64,000 nucleotides of DNA, taken from positions 71,674,001 through 71,738,000 of the forward strand of contig CM052816.1 of the NCBI GenBank assembly GCA_028534125.1. The letters run 5' to 3'. Source of the stretch: Lama glama (Eukaryota). A program made the translations under genes and the position numbers. How positions within the stretch are numbered: the stretch's first letter is position 1; every line of letters starts with the position of its first letter. Shown here piece by piece: positions 37,721 through 50,960 of the stretch. Below the pieces are notes generated by a model that was not told where the DNA came from, searched no databases, and worked only from the letters and a program-made list of their open reading frames with translations.

Positions 37721-37803
37721 CTGATTCCACGTGTCTGAATTCCATACCCAAGATTACATATTCATTTCTAGATATCAACAGATGTTAAGTCCCAGACTAG
37801 GAG
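37721..37803 (+). other. Candidate exon H (ADSTCLNSIPKITYSFLDINRC* if entered in phase 1)
   Basis: tttcttttcctttttgccatcatag acceptor and GGA|gtgagt donor. The longest frame matches the exit phase of exon G but stops inside the exon. Confidence 0.2.
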
Positions 37804-38139
37804 TGAGTGCTGTACTGAGTTTATTACCCCTCAGCCCAGGAGCTTGAGTATGTGACATTCTAAGACCTTGAACTCAACTCACTGGCAAATAATTGTCTCC
37901 CCCAAAGGTTGTAAGATTTCACAGAAAAAAAAATAAGGCAATAATAATATGAATTTGTCATATTATGTCCTGGGTTGAAAGTCCACACACAAAGAGAACA
38001 TAAGTATCTAATTTCCCCAAATGCAAACACAGAATGAGAAAGCAAGTGAATAACCATTAATCAGCAGTGGTGCTCTTTTGTTACCTTTCGTGATTTATAG
38101 ATTGTAGCTTTTCAAAGACTCTAAGTTGGAATATTAATA

Positions 38140-38350
38140 ATAATACCTGAAATAGGCTCAGTGCCTTACATTTTTAGAGTGAATCTGCCTGTGTTGTCTC
38201 TTTATCCTCATAATCAGTAGGTAGAAATGGTGTTCTCTTAATTTTACACGTGGGAAAACGGAGATGCTGAAAGTTCATGTGAAAATTCATTGGCAAGGAG
38301 CAAGTTATGTGTGAAACTTGGAGTAGGAATCAGATCTCTAGCTTCATTTT
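38140..38350 (-). mobile_element. MIR
   Basis: atcctcataatc...aggtagaaatgg...attttacacgtgggaaaacggag. Confidence 0.65.
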
Positions 38351-39404
38351 CAATGTATTTCAGTTTTTAGATGCAAAATCAACCAATTTTCTTCTCACTT
38401 TTGAATAATAATATCTAGTGAATCATCTCAGAAGAGAGCATTTTCGTAACTCACCTGAATGAACTATTGTTTAAATGCTATTAGTTTTTGGCAATAGGCC
38501 TGAACTCAAGTGCTGACATATGGGAATAGAAAACCTTTTTGCTCCTTGCAGAAAACATTTATTTTTCCTGGCAGTATGTCTTCAAGGTAGCTGCTGGGTG
38601 GTGTTAATAAGCTCACGAGGAAGGATCTAGAAGGGTGGCAAATATAGGTGTGAAATTCAGCTACTCTTGAGGTTAGAAAAAAAGACCCATAGGTAGGAAA
38701 GAGCCCTGAACCAAGAGAGTACTCTGACTCACGGAGTTTAATAAAACACAAGTGAAAAGTTACCTTGGGAGATTAGGTGAAACATGCCAGTTTAACTCCA
38801 GTGGTTATCACTGTGAACTTTTTCTCATTTTAAAGTATTAAAAAAGTCATCAAGTTCACAGATGAACTTTCTGGCCATATTTTTGATCATTTTTCCTGAA
38901 AAATTATTCAATTCAAACCCCAAAGTTACTATAAAGCATTTGATGTCTCCATGTTAACTATATAGAAAAATGTTCCAAAGGAAAGAGAAAAGGGGTTTAG
39001 GAAAAATGATATTGCATAGTAATTCTTTTAGGAGTCTGAAGTCATCCAAAATACATCTCAAAGGATAAATTACAAGTTCAGTTTTAGGGCACTGAGGGTG
39101 ATAATAAAGATGATTGAAAGCTGGATAATAGAATTTATATGGAGAAGTATTTTGAATAGTTTAACTGGAGAAAGACATGGCTAAAGATAACAACACAGCT
39201 TTCAAGTAGATTGACTAGTTTCACATGAGAATAATCATTTATTTCTCAGTTTTCTTGAATCAAATAATAAATAATATAGTTTTAAATGATAGTGTGAGGA
39301 CTTTAATAGCATGTAAGTAAGAACATTTCTTTCTTTAGTTAGTGTGTATTGGGTAACTAGAATTTTGTAGATTCACTGATGGATGTTTGGGTTATAAATT
39401 TGAA

Positions 39405-39900
39405 TGTTGTGGGTTGCATTGTGTTCCCTAAGAGATATGTTGAAGTTCTAATCTTGGGTACCTGTGAATGTGAACTTACTTGGAAATATGGTCTTTGCAG
39501 ATGTCATCAAGTTGAGATGAAGTCATTAGAGTGGGCCCTAATCCAACATGAATGGTGTCCTTATAAGAATAGGAAGTCTTGTACAGACCCACAGGAAGAG
39601 TAGAATGCCATGTGAGGACACAGAGACACACAGAGAAAGAAGTTAATGTAGAGACATCACATTGTTTATGGGAGGGTGGCTGTGGCAAGACTGAGGCAGA
39701 GATTGAGGTGATGTTGCCCTAAGCCATGGAATGCCTGTGACTACCAGGGGCTGGAAGAAGCAAGAAAGGACCTGAGCTCATCTAGACGCCTAGACACTCC
39801 ACAGAAAGCATGGCCTGGCCAAAACCTTGATTTTGGACTCCTAATCTCCAGAACTATGAGACAATGCATCTCTGTTGTTTTTAAGCACCCAGTTTGTTTG
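39405..39900 (+). mobile_element. MaLR LTR (MLT1B/C-like)
   Basis: tgttgtgggttgcattgtgttccc...ggaaatatggtctttgcagatg...ctccagaactatgagacaat...tttaagcacccagtttg. Confidence 0.9.
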
Positions 39901-42279
39901 TGTGTGTGTGTGTTATTTGGGTTATTGCTCAAGTGAAGATTTTCTTGGCTTACCCCAAGAAATAACCATATCAGATTGCAATCAATATAGGAATCAAAAC
40001 TCGCTGGATAATACATTTAACCAACCTCAAATCCACCAAATGGCCCTGTCTTCTAGACCAAATTTCCCATTCAGTTTATAAAAATAGTGCTGTAGTGTAT
40101 TTATCTAACACTAACCACTCTCCTTTTCTTTGATAATGGTCACATTCTTTAAAACATGATGGTTTTGTCTAAAAATATGTTTTCTTAGCTAGAGAGTGTG
40201 TTTCCCAGCTTCCTTTGCAATTTGTGTGGTTCTGTGACTGTGTTCTCAATGGAATGCGAGTAAAAACAATACATAATTTTCCCCTTCTTTTCCCACTTCC
40301 TGGGAGATGCCAACAAATAGAGCAATTGACTTGTATCTGATAGAAGCAACGTGTTGCTGACGGCAGTGTTTCCGCACTTTCCACCGTATCAGCCTTGTAT
40401 TATCTATCTTTATATTTTTAGGTCATTTTAATACAGCTTTTTAACTCATACATATAAAAAGAGTGGGAGAAAAATTATGAACTGTCTTATAGTTGTGCTC
40501 TTTCTTCATCTTCCAATCTAATAATCTAATTATTCAAGAATCGTTTGTTCTAATAGGCACTCATTTTACATGTGGATACTTTAGAAAAAGTTGCCTGTCA
40601 TTCTTAACTTGATGTCTATGAGTATAATAATCATAGGTCCAAATAAATAGTCTTGACATTAGCAGAGCACAGAGGATAATAAGAATATAGATTGCAGGTG
40701 AGTTGGATGAGCTCCAGAGATTCAGTTTTGGAGTATGAAGCACTTGGTTCAGAGTAGCCTAGGTTGGAGGGGGTGGATTTGGACAGCTGTAAATCTCAGC
40801 AACCTGTGTAGCTGAAGGGCAGCGAAACCAGAGTTCAGAAAAAGAGAAATAAGCAGAATCAAAAGCTAACGCTGGCTCCCTTGCAGTTTTGATCGATCAT
40901 CTACTTGCACGTATTATGTTTTTGGAACACATCGTAAGATAGGGTAACACAGGTTGCCAGAGTTTGATGAAAGCCATCAAGAAAACCTCGTGGGCCGGAC
41001 ACCTTGGTCTACCCCAGCTCAGCCTCGGCCCTTTGTCCAGTAGACACACAGTGCTGTCTACTCCACCGCCGCGTGTACAGTTTGGATGTGAGGTGGGATA
41101 AGAGGAGAGGAAGAAGGAGGAAGACAGAAGGATGAGCTGTCCAGCAGACACTTGCTACTGGAGGGAGATTCATATTCTGTTATTCTTAGGACTTGTCGCC
41201 GTAATTCTCCTCCTCTAGAACCTCCTCTCTCTCTTAATAAAGATGGACTTTGCAGATTTCCCTAAACTTAGTGACCTAAAAAATATATCCTGGTGCATGT
41301 GAAGAAATAGCTATTGCCTGAGGTGATTGAAATCATTTCAGTGCACCTCTGACTATGTGATGGAAATAGAATCACAGCTGTGTAACCGGAAGAAGGAAGC
41401 AGGCAATACTCTTGCACCCAGTAGTGACGTGTAATGAATGACCAGGCTCTGCGTCTCTAATAGCAATACATCAGTTTGAAAGGATGAGGGTGCACGGTTG
41501 AACTATAAGCAAAATAAAATTTACCTGAAATATATGCTTCTTCCACCCCCCACCCCCCAGCCTCCAGTCCTGGCTTGTTCTCTCTCTTTTCTGAAAGCGT
41601 CTGTAATTGCCAGGGCTTGCCAAAAATGTCACTGCCAGATTTTGCTGGACATGGGCTCTGATCATTTCCAAATGACAGAAAATCAGCTGTGGGATTTATG
41701 CTCTAAGTAATCATTAACCATGGGCCCTGCATTGACCGGGTGGAAAATATAATGTTCTTAATCTGCCTGATCTGAAAGGTCAAGCTGTGCCACATGCTGC
41801 CTGCTCCCAGGGATTCAGCGGCAGCCACAGTGACTGCAACAATAAGACCGTTTTGCCCTGAAAGATAACACATTCCTCTCCCGGTCGTTAGAACAACAAG
41901 CACCCATGTGGGTATTTTCCACGTTAGAATCAAGGCATCGATAGTACTTTTTTTCATACACCTGAAGATCATGAGGAAAGACTCAGACATTAGCTTTATG
42001 AAAGAAAAGAAATGAAGGTGCCAGCATTAGTACAGAAGTCACATGTTGTTTTATTTTGTTTTTCTTCTGAGTGTCTAGTTGTATGATACACTCATGTGTT
42101 CTTACCAGGTTGAAATGTTTTCCAAACTCCCCTCAATATATTCTTCACACATTTATTAAACTAGTGTAATTCAAAAACTAGAATTTAACAAAAAATTTCT
42201 GTTTTATTATCTATTGCTGGCAAAATATCTAGTTCTTTTCTTAAAATTTAGCTATTAACCATTAAAGATGTAATGAGTT

Positions 42280-44455
42280 GGGACTTGTGGTTTCCCGTCA
42301 GCAATGTTAGGAGTTTGGAAGTGGCCAAGCCACCCTAAAAACAAGCAAAAAGCTGAGCAAAGTGAAAAATCAACAACTCTTTATCGAGCCATCAGAGAAG
42401 GAGGTCACAGAGCAAACATCTGCCCCCACCCTAAGCTGGACAAAGGTCAACAGGTGAGTACAGGGAAGCACAACTCATCAAGAGTTGAGGAAAAGAACCA
42501 CTTTAATACACCAGAGCATTTTGTTCTTAATTTAAGAGACACCCTCAGGAGAAAATATTTTACCAAAACCCAACTTGGGGAAGGAAAGTAACCAACCCCA
42601 GCCCCTTCTAGCCATACTGTCCCACCTGAAGAAGGGAAAATCCTGAGAAGCACTAGTGAAGTTCACAGTCCAGGGAACAGGCTCACAAAAGACTGAGACG
42701 CATCGCAGGACTATGGAACACTGGCTCTGCCCCGACACCTGACCACACATTACTAAGGGGCTACTTACCAGTTTCTTTTATCTTGTACGTCATGTTCACC
42801 TTTCAACAAAAAATTACAAGGCATAGAAAAAGGCAAAACCCATAGTTTGAAGAGATTGAAGAAACATCAGCTCAGAGCCAGATATGGTAGGAATGCTGGA
42901 ATTACTAGACCAAGATTTTTTTTAAAAACTATGACTAATAGGCTAAGGACTTTCATGGAAAAAGTAGACAACATGCAAGAACAGATGGATAATATAAGTG
43001 AAGAGGTGGACATTCTAAGAATCAAAAAGAAGTGCTGAAAATCAAAAACATTGTGACTGAGGGGGAGGGTGTAGGTCAGTGGGAGAGTGCGTGCTTAGCA
43101 TGCACAAGGTCCTGGGTTCAATCCCCAGTACCTCCATTGAAAAAACAAATAGATAAATAAATAAACCTAATCACTCCCCCCACAAAATAAATATTAAAAA
43201 AAGCCCACTGTTTCAAAAATGAAGAATACCTTTGATGAACTCTTTAGAAGAATCTCTAAGTGTGGGGATATGACAATAAAAAATGAAAATCAAAGAGAAA
43301 AAAGACTAAAAAAACACAGAATAGACAAGAACTGTGAGAAAACTGCAAAAGGCAAAAATATTTGCATAATAAGAGTATCAGGAAAATGAAGACAGAAAGG
43401 AACAGAAGTAATAGTTGAAGGCATAAGAGCCGAGAATTTCCTTATATTAATTCCAGACAACAAACCACAGATCCAGGAAGCTCAGAGAATACCAAGCAGG
43501 GTAAGTGCTAAAAACAAACTGCACCAAGACATATCACCTTCAACTTTCAGAAAGTCAAAGGTGAAAAAAAACTCTTGAAAAAGCCAGAAGGGGGAAAAAA
43601 TCTTATCTCTAGAGTAGCCAAGGTAAGGATTACATCTGAAGAAACAATGCAAGCAAGAAGAGAATAGAGTGAAATATTTGAAGTGCCGGGAGAAAAAGAA
43701 CAGGGACATAGAATTTTGTACCCCTGAAATCATCCTTCAAAAGTGAAAGAGAAATAGACTCTCTCAAACAATCAAAAATGGAGGGAATTTGTTGCCGATA
43801 GACCTGCCTTGCAAGAAATGTGAAGTTCTTCAGGAGAAGGAAAATAATAGAAGTCAGGAACTCATATAATAATAATAATAATAATAAAAAATAGAAGGTA
43901 TTACAGAAGACATAAGTGAAGGCAAAACAAATCTTTCATTCTTCTTATTCTTAATCAATTCCACAAAACACTGTTCAAAAAATAGCAAAATGTTATTTTG
44001 CTATTAAGTATATGTATGTAGAATATATAAGTATGTGTATATAAGCTTTTGCATGCTTATGTATAAGTTAAATGAACAACAGCAATGATTCAGCGATGGG
44101 AGTGAAGAATGAGAAATACCTTGTTACTTTAAGGTATCTGCGCTACCCATGAAGTGGTGTAAAGCTGTTTAAAAGTAGACTTGGATTAGTGGTGAATGCA
44201 TCTGGCAAACTCTAGGGCAACCACTGAAACATATTTTAAAAGAAGCATAATTGATATGCCAAGAAAAGAGAGGAAATGGATTCTAGTAAATACTCAGTTA
44301 AAACCGCAAAAGGCAGAGAAGGTGTGGAAAACCAAAATAAAAACAAAGAACAAGGGCAAATTAAGAAACATTGATAAATATGGTAGGTATTAATCAAACT
44401 ATAACAATAATCACTTTAAATGTCAGTGGTCTCAGTACAATTCACCAATGAAAAG
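42280..44455 (+). mobile_element. Old L1 5' portion (L1MDa-like 5' UTR, decayed ORF1, start of ORF2 endonuclease)
   Basis: ORF1-like LRTFMEKVDNMQEQMDNISEEVDILR, ccacagatccaggaagctcagagaatacc, and ORF2 start ITLNVSGL (~44410). A-rich sense strand. Confidence 0.85.
43061..43202 (+). mobile_element. Vic-1-type tRNA-Ala-derived SINE inserted in the L1
   Basis: ggggagggtgtaggtcagtgggagagtgcgtgcttAGCatgcacaaggtcctgggttcaatccccagtacctcca, then a (taaa)n tail. Confidence 0.9.
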
Positions 44456-44669
44456 AAAGTGATCTATGTGGAAACCTACAGATGATGGTGTTGTCAAATG
44501 TCAATGGGAGGAAAAGACAGACAAAAAGACCAGGAAGATACACCTCTTGGGACATCAAACGAGATTCACTTGTCTAAAAGGAACAGAAAGAAATAAGCAT
44601 ATTTAGTATATATAGTAGAGAAGTCATTAATAGCCTCACTGCTAGCAGAAATTTGAGGATGACAACTTC

Positions 44670-45075
44670 TGCAGTAGATTAAAAATAGAGTCTAATTCCC
44701 CTCCCTTTGAATTTGGGCTGGTCTTAATGACTTTCTTAATTACTAATATGATAGAGACTTCAGGGCAAGGTCATAAGAAGACTTGCACCTTCTGGCAAAG
44801 CCTCTTGGAACACTCGTTCTCAGAGCTCAGCTTCCAGCCCTCAGCGCTGAGTCCCCAGCTGCCTACCGTAACTTGCCAGTCACCTGCATGAGGCATTTTC
44901 AAAATGGATCCTCGGGTCCCAGTCACGCCATTTCTGCTGATGCTCATAGAAAAGATAAGCCACCTGGCCCAGTCCGGCCCTAATTATAAATTCGTGAGCA
45001 AAGTAAGTCATTGTTGGTGCTTTAGGCCACGAGGTTTTGGAATGGCTTGTTATTTAGTCATAAGTAAGTGGACTG
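44670..45075 (+). mobile_element. MaLR LTR (MLT1G/H-like), internally deleted
   Basis: cctccctttgaatttgggctgg...ggtcataagaag...aaattcgtgagcaaa...gctttaggccacgaggttttggaatggcttgtta. Confidence 0.8.
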
Positions 45076-46059
45076 ACTTCTAAGTGAGGCCTCCTATAAG
45101 CAGAACGTTTTACTTCCAGGCTGACCATTAGACAGACACCTGAAGCTGGAGTAGTCCAGTATATGCATCCTTACTGGGACCAGTGCTGCACATACTCTCA
45201 CCTGGGCCAAGCTCACCTCACCAGCTTCAGTTTTCCGAGAACAATGGGGCACAGCTTGCAGAATTAGAACAGGTGTCAATTATCAGGTCACCTTGGAGTC
45301 ATGCTTCCGGGTTCATTGCACAGACTCAGATACAAATCCCCTCTGAGAAGCATAATTTGGAGAACCTTCAAGTAAGGTAGAGTTATCACTGCCACAATTT
45401 AGTTTGCCTGCATTGAGTGAAGCCCTAAATCCTCATTTGCTCTTCAAGTCTGGCACCTTACTTTCAGCCATTACTTTTTTAGGTCCCTTCAAAAATATCT
45501 TAAATACTGAGCATTTGATGATCTGCTGTTTCATCCACTAGCAAGCATTTCCTGGGGGAAACCAGGAAAGAGTACAAAGATGAAGCAGCAGAAAGAATCA
45601 TTTTGGCACCAAACTATTGCACCAGGAAATTGATTATCTTTTTCCTTGGACATTATCCTACTTGACTCACTAATATCCTTATGCATTTGATATCAGCTCT
45701 TCAGACTAGCTGTTCCGAACACAAACTTTCAAGGGATGCAGTTGTGTGAAGCTATGTAAAATCCAAATTATGTAAAGGATTTGTAAACCTCTCTGCAGTC
45801 CAAATAAACTTATTTAATTAAATCAGTTGCTGGATAAATTAAATCTGTTACTTGCGTCTCTTCTTACTAAAGAACTAGATGATGGTGATTTGGAGCCCTC
45901 CGTCAAGAAGAGCATTTACCTTCTTCAGTTAGATTCTTGCCTCTACTATCACTGCCACTTCTTCAATGAGTTGAGATTGAACATTTGGGAAATCTGACCT
46001 GATCTGGTGATCCAGAGAGGGAGAAGAAACATCTTATCTGAACCACTCCAAGGTAATAG

Positions 46060-46285
46060 TAGTGGACAGTATTAATATACAACTCATTATGAGCCAGAAA
46101 TTCTTTTAGGTATTTTACATGATTAACTCAACAAACTATGAGGTTAGTTTCCATTATTATCCCCATTTTATATATGAAGAAACTGAGGCAGAGAGATGCT
46201 AACAAAATTGCTCACTGTCACATAGATATTAATTATGGGAGCTGGTACAGGAACTGATCATTTCAGCTTCAGAGTCTACACTCTT
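46060..46285 (-). mobile_element. MIR
   Basis: attattatccccattttatatatgaagaaactgaggcagagag. Confidence 0.85.
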
Positions 46286-48689
46286 AACCTGTACTCTTAA
46301 GATCCTACTGAAAGATGAGCATGTGTGTGTGAGGCTTGTATCAGTTTGTGTGTGTGCACTAGTGTGTGAGAAACACAGACAGAGACAGAGAGACAGAGGG
46401 AAACGGGATGGATCAGAAGTTCTGGGCAATTATTTAAAAAGGGAGGGAAGGATAAAAATAATGTAATTAAAAATTGTGAGCCACACACCTTAGACCTATG
46501 ATCTCAAATGTTTTCTGGATATGACAGAATCTTATAATTTGAAAATGATATGTTTCATTTCCTGGGAAGAAAACAGGGAAACACTATTATCATCAAACAA
46601 TATTTTTTAAGGACTTACTGCATACACGGTGCTGTAGGTATAAGGCAATTTGCAAGTGCCTACTCAAAAATGCCTGACAGACTCAGTAGAAACCCAACCA
46701 CAACCTGAATTCCAAAGCCACATGAAATGTGCTGAGCGCCAAGGGAAAGACAGAATTTAGATGCTGCAAGACTGCAGCAATTTAGAAAAGCTTTGTAGGG
46801 AGGTGGGTCAGGTCAAGGTAACAAAGCCAAGAAATCATTTGGGGATGTTAATCCATCAAGGGCCATGCAGAGTGGCCTTTTTTCAGCCTGGCTGGCTAAA
46901 ACAAAGCCCGGAGAAGCAAGTGCCTTGGAAACAGCCAGCACCAAGGAGAGAGCCAGACAGGCCATCCGTCCAAATGAAAGTTCCTCAGCCCCATGGCGTC
47001 TTGGCATGGTCCCATAAACAACAGTTGACTGTTGCCAGGAAAAAGCTCAGGAAACCCCACCAGGCCCCTGGGGAAGACAACTGGCTTCTTTCCAGGAAAG
47101 CTCAGGATGTAGTTCTTATTTCACCCCACATGAGAAACATGAATGCTCTCAGACAGTAATGGTCTCCCCGCTTTTTTAATCTGCGTGTTTGTGACTTAAA
47201 ATTGATAACGAAAAAGAAGTTGTCTTGAACCTCCTATAAATGTGAAGGAATGGAAATGGTTTCGTGTAACATTTCTGTTCATTATAGTATATCTATTATC
47301 AGAAGGATTACAGCTTGCTCAATCTTCATGCTTTTTGGTGTAGCTAGTTTTTTTTTTTAAATTATTCCTTTCCTGTATCACTAGTCAAAAGCACAAGATT
47401 AAAGTGTAAAATTTAAAAATATATATATATATTTAAAATTAATGCTGGTTTAAGACAGTGTCAAAAAGATGAACTAACGGAGAGAAAGGAGAGGCATGAA
47501 TAAAACTAGACAACACACACACAAAATGGTATCTTGATCATCATACACCTAAGCAAACTCATATAAATTGTATGAAAATATTTTGTTAGCTTTGTGGATT
47601 TTCTCATAAGGGTATAGAGCATAAAAATGAGGGGGAAAGTCCCAAGGTGATCTTAGTGAGTTTGGTGAGAATTCAGTGATCATCTCAAAAGCATAGGAAT
47701 GAGGGTAGGAATAATGAAAAGTAGTGAAGGGAGTGAGCTAAATGCCTGATCAGCTAATATTCTTTCAGTCCTGCTTACTGGGACCCCCCTCGTACCTCCT
47801 GGCATCTTTGTTAACCCAAGTTTACAAAATCTGCACATAAACATCATTTGATTCTCTGCAGAAGTGGTACAATGTTTTTCCTCCCCAGTAAGTACACTGG
47901 TGATTTTTAAAGAGATTCATGTACTGTTCAATTCCTTCCTTTGTAGAAAATGAGACTTGGTTCACTGGAATACACTCATACTGTTGTCAGCAAAAAGACT
48001 CCAGTTCATATTTTAACTACCCTGGGACATTCAACTATTGAATTTTCCAGTGCTGAGGAGATAAAGTTAACCTAGACTGGAAAAATGCACTGAGAACTGA
48101 GAAAAGAGGTAGATTTGGGTGTATGAAGTACTATTTAAACCAAATGTATTCTTGACCATTTTCCCTTCTGCTGATCTATGTTTGGAAAGCATGTGAGTAG
48201 GGAAACATGGCGCCTGGTAAGCACTTACCTGCACCATATTTGTACAAGAACAATAATTACTCTTTCTGTATTGACAAACTATATGTGAAAGCATGGAAAA
48301 TCTTGGCTGGGAGTACAAGGTGCTTCTCTTGCTCTCTCTCTTTGATATATATTACTCTATATATGCTCTTAAAGACTCTTGTACAAGTGCTAGAAACTTT
48401 CAGTCTCAGACGGTCTCAGTCTGTTTTTATTTCTGTAACATCATGACAATGCTGACTTATTTGCCTCATGAGGTAGCTATAGAGAGATCACCTTTTTCTT
48501 ATAGGTGTCTCTAAATTTCAGGCAGTTTGCTTGAAAAATTGACAACTATTGTTTCATTACTTCCAACTGATGTTTATTGGGTGATAATTGTTTATACTAT
48601 GAAGAGAGAACTTGGAGACTTGTTGGAGAGACAAGATGTACACAAAGGAGTTGTAGTGAATACATGTTTAGAAAGATTGAGAGTCAAAG

Positions 48690-49040
48690 AATACAAAGCA
48701 ATAAATAGTATTGTATTTCAAAGTAAAGGACCATTACCAACTCCAGTGCACTCTGAAAAATTTTTATGGGAATCCTGGGAGGTAAATTGTGCCTTGAAGT
48801 AAAGATAGGGCCTGGGTAACTGAGGAGAATGGAGGACATTTTTGACATGCCAAAAGGGAGAAACAGAGTCAGAAAGTTGAGGATTTCACTGTGTGTGTGA
48901 TGAACTATGAGGACATCAACTTGACTAGACTGTGGATGATTTATATATGGTATTACTAGAAAATGAAGTTCAAAGTAGTACATAGAATCAGGAATATGGA
49001 GGTCCTTAAATGCTGGGCTGATGACTTACTAAAGGCTAAT
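48690..49040 (+). mobile_element. L2 fragment
   Basis: atggaggtccttaaatgctgggctgatgactt and related purine-rich L2-like motifs. Confidence 0.45.
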
Positions 49041-49074
49041 AATGAGAATTGCAAGCTTTCTGAGTGATTACTCA

Positions 49075-49182
49075 ATAATTAACTCAATTGCCTGCAAAAA
49101 CCCTATTTCCAAATAAGTTCACATTTACAAGTAGTGGGAGTTCGGACCTCAGCATCTTTTGGGGGGACACAATTCAACCCCT
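49075..49182 (-). mobile_element. MLT1A/B-like LTR fragment
   Basis: ctgcaaaaaccctatttccaaataagttcacatt...ggggggacacaattcaaccc. Confidence 0.8.
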
Positions 49183-50179
49183 GATGGCTTCCAGTTACTT
49201 TCCATGTTTACAGAGAGAGTTGAGACTTCATGACTTCTGAGTCCAGAGTAATCAATAACTACAGAAATGAAATTCAGTTTTCCTGTCTTTAATAATTAAT
49301 TCCTTCTCTCAACTTCATTAGCATCCATCCATTCTTAAATTGAGTCACGTCACCCAAGTAATCACTTAGGTGTAACAGAAAATCCTCAGGGTGGTACACC
49401 AGGTGTAGAGCTATCCCATGGATGAAAGACATTTGCTTCCACAGGGTTAAAGGAACAGCTCCCAGGATGCGAAGATGGGGTTTTTATTTTGTAAGGCCAA
49501 ACACATACAGAGCCATCCACTTGAGTTACGCTGCTTTCAGTATCAAAGATTGATATGAATTATATGTTGTTGTGTCTGACCACAAAGAGCACAATGGCTC
49601 CAGCTCCTTGTGCCACACTTGCATGGACATTCTTGATTTCCTCACAGTTGTTACAGATAAAAGACACAACATTACAACGGAAAGTGCCTCATGATCGCTG
49701 ATGTAATAGGAATCTAATAAGTTGACCAGCCTTCAGAAGTCAGAAATGACCACCGCAGACAAACGGTTGGCCAGAGTTATCATCTAAACAATTTAAGTAG
49801 TTATATGTGAGCCTGGGGTATTGAGCATAATAGCCCTGTCTAGACTCAGCCCTTGTATAATGGTTTATGGCTGTCTTTTCTGCACTAGCTGGTCAAGCAG
49901 GTTGCTGATGACTTCCTTAATGGGCACCTCTATGACATAATCCAAACCAGACAAATCCTGGCATTCTTGAAATACAAGATTTGAGAAATCTTATTTTTTA
50001 ACCCTTCAAAGTAGTTGGAATTATTTGGTTGATATTTGCAAAGAGTAAATCCTTTGATGAAAGGCATTGGCTAAATACTGCCTCATCATTTGCTGTCTAT
50101 ATCAGAGGAAAATCAATAGCAAGTCAACAAACATAGGCACTCACTAAATTGCAGGATGCTCTTCTAGAAGGAAAGGTCA

Positions 50180-50418
50180 GTGAGACAAAGTAGAAAGATT
50201 ATGAACTTTAGTGTCAGATTAGACCTGGGATTGAATCCTGCTTCAGATATTTGATAAGCTGTGTGATCTCAAGAGACACATTCTAACCATAGGAAAAATA
50301 AAGAAAATGCCTCCATCATAAAATTGTTCTGAGGACTAAATGGCATAAGATATGGACAGATGCTAAAACAGTGGTCATCCTAGGTAAGGATTCAATAAAT
50401 GGCACCTATTACTGCTAT
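50180..50418 (+). mobile_element. MIR
   Basis: gtgtcagattagacctgggattgaatcctgcttc...gaggactaaatgg...ttcaataaatggcacctatt. Confidence 0.75.
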
Positions 50419-50634
50419 GAAAAGGATGAATCACGTTGAAGTTTTTCTCCCTTTAAGTTTGACATGGTGATATTTTTGGAAAAGCACATTGAGAAGCTCT
50501 TACTAAACCTATGGTTTTTCATGTATTTCTGTGTTCATCCTGTTGCTCTTACCATGTTCGTGGCCTGGTTTCCTAAAAGAAAACGGCAATGTGTTTTCCA
50601 TAAACTTTACACTAGTTCACTTTTGCTCTTTAGG

Positions 50635-50960
50635 TAATAGCGGCTTAGGCTGGGTTCCCCGGAATTAGACTCTGAGAAGTGGATTCATGTACCAGAGATT
50701 ATAAAGTGCTTCTGGGAGAAAGCGGTCAGGAGCTATGGGCCTCAGGACAGGGAAGGAGGGAGAAGGAGCTAGAAGCGTGGTATGTCAGGCAAAGCTCTGA
50801 AATGTCAGTTGGGCCTCAGAGTGGTCTCCACCTTAGACAAGAAAGCTGGGCTTTCCTGCTCCTCCCTTGATCAGTCATTGGCCAAGGAAGCAGGGGGCGT
50901 GGCATAAGGATTGCAGGGAATCTGAAAGCTTGCCTACAGTGTTCCCTGCAAATAGATCCT
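50635..50960 (-). mobile_element. ERVL LTR fragment (LTR16/LTR33-like)
   Basis: ttaggctgggttccccggaattagactctgaga...ggattcatgt...tcagtcattggccaagg. Confidence 0.6.

Noticed and set aside
43061..43136. tRNA-Ala(AGC)-like sequence (also at 4270-4350 and 59590-59667)
   Set aside because: Diverged, followed by A-rich tails, two with TSDs. These are SINE heads, not tRNA genes.
46761..47159. 132-aa single-exon ORF
   Set aside because: No recognisable domain or coding character; expected by chance in a GC-richer patch.
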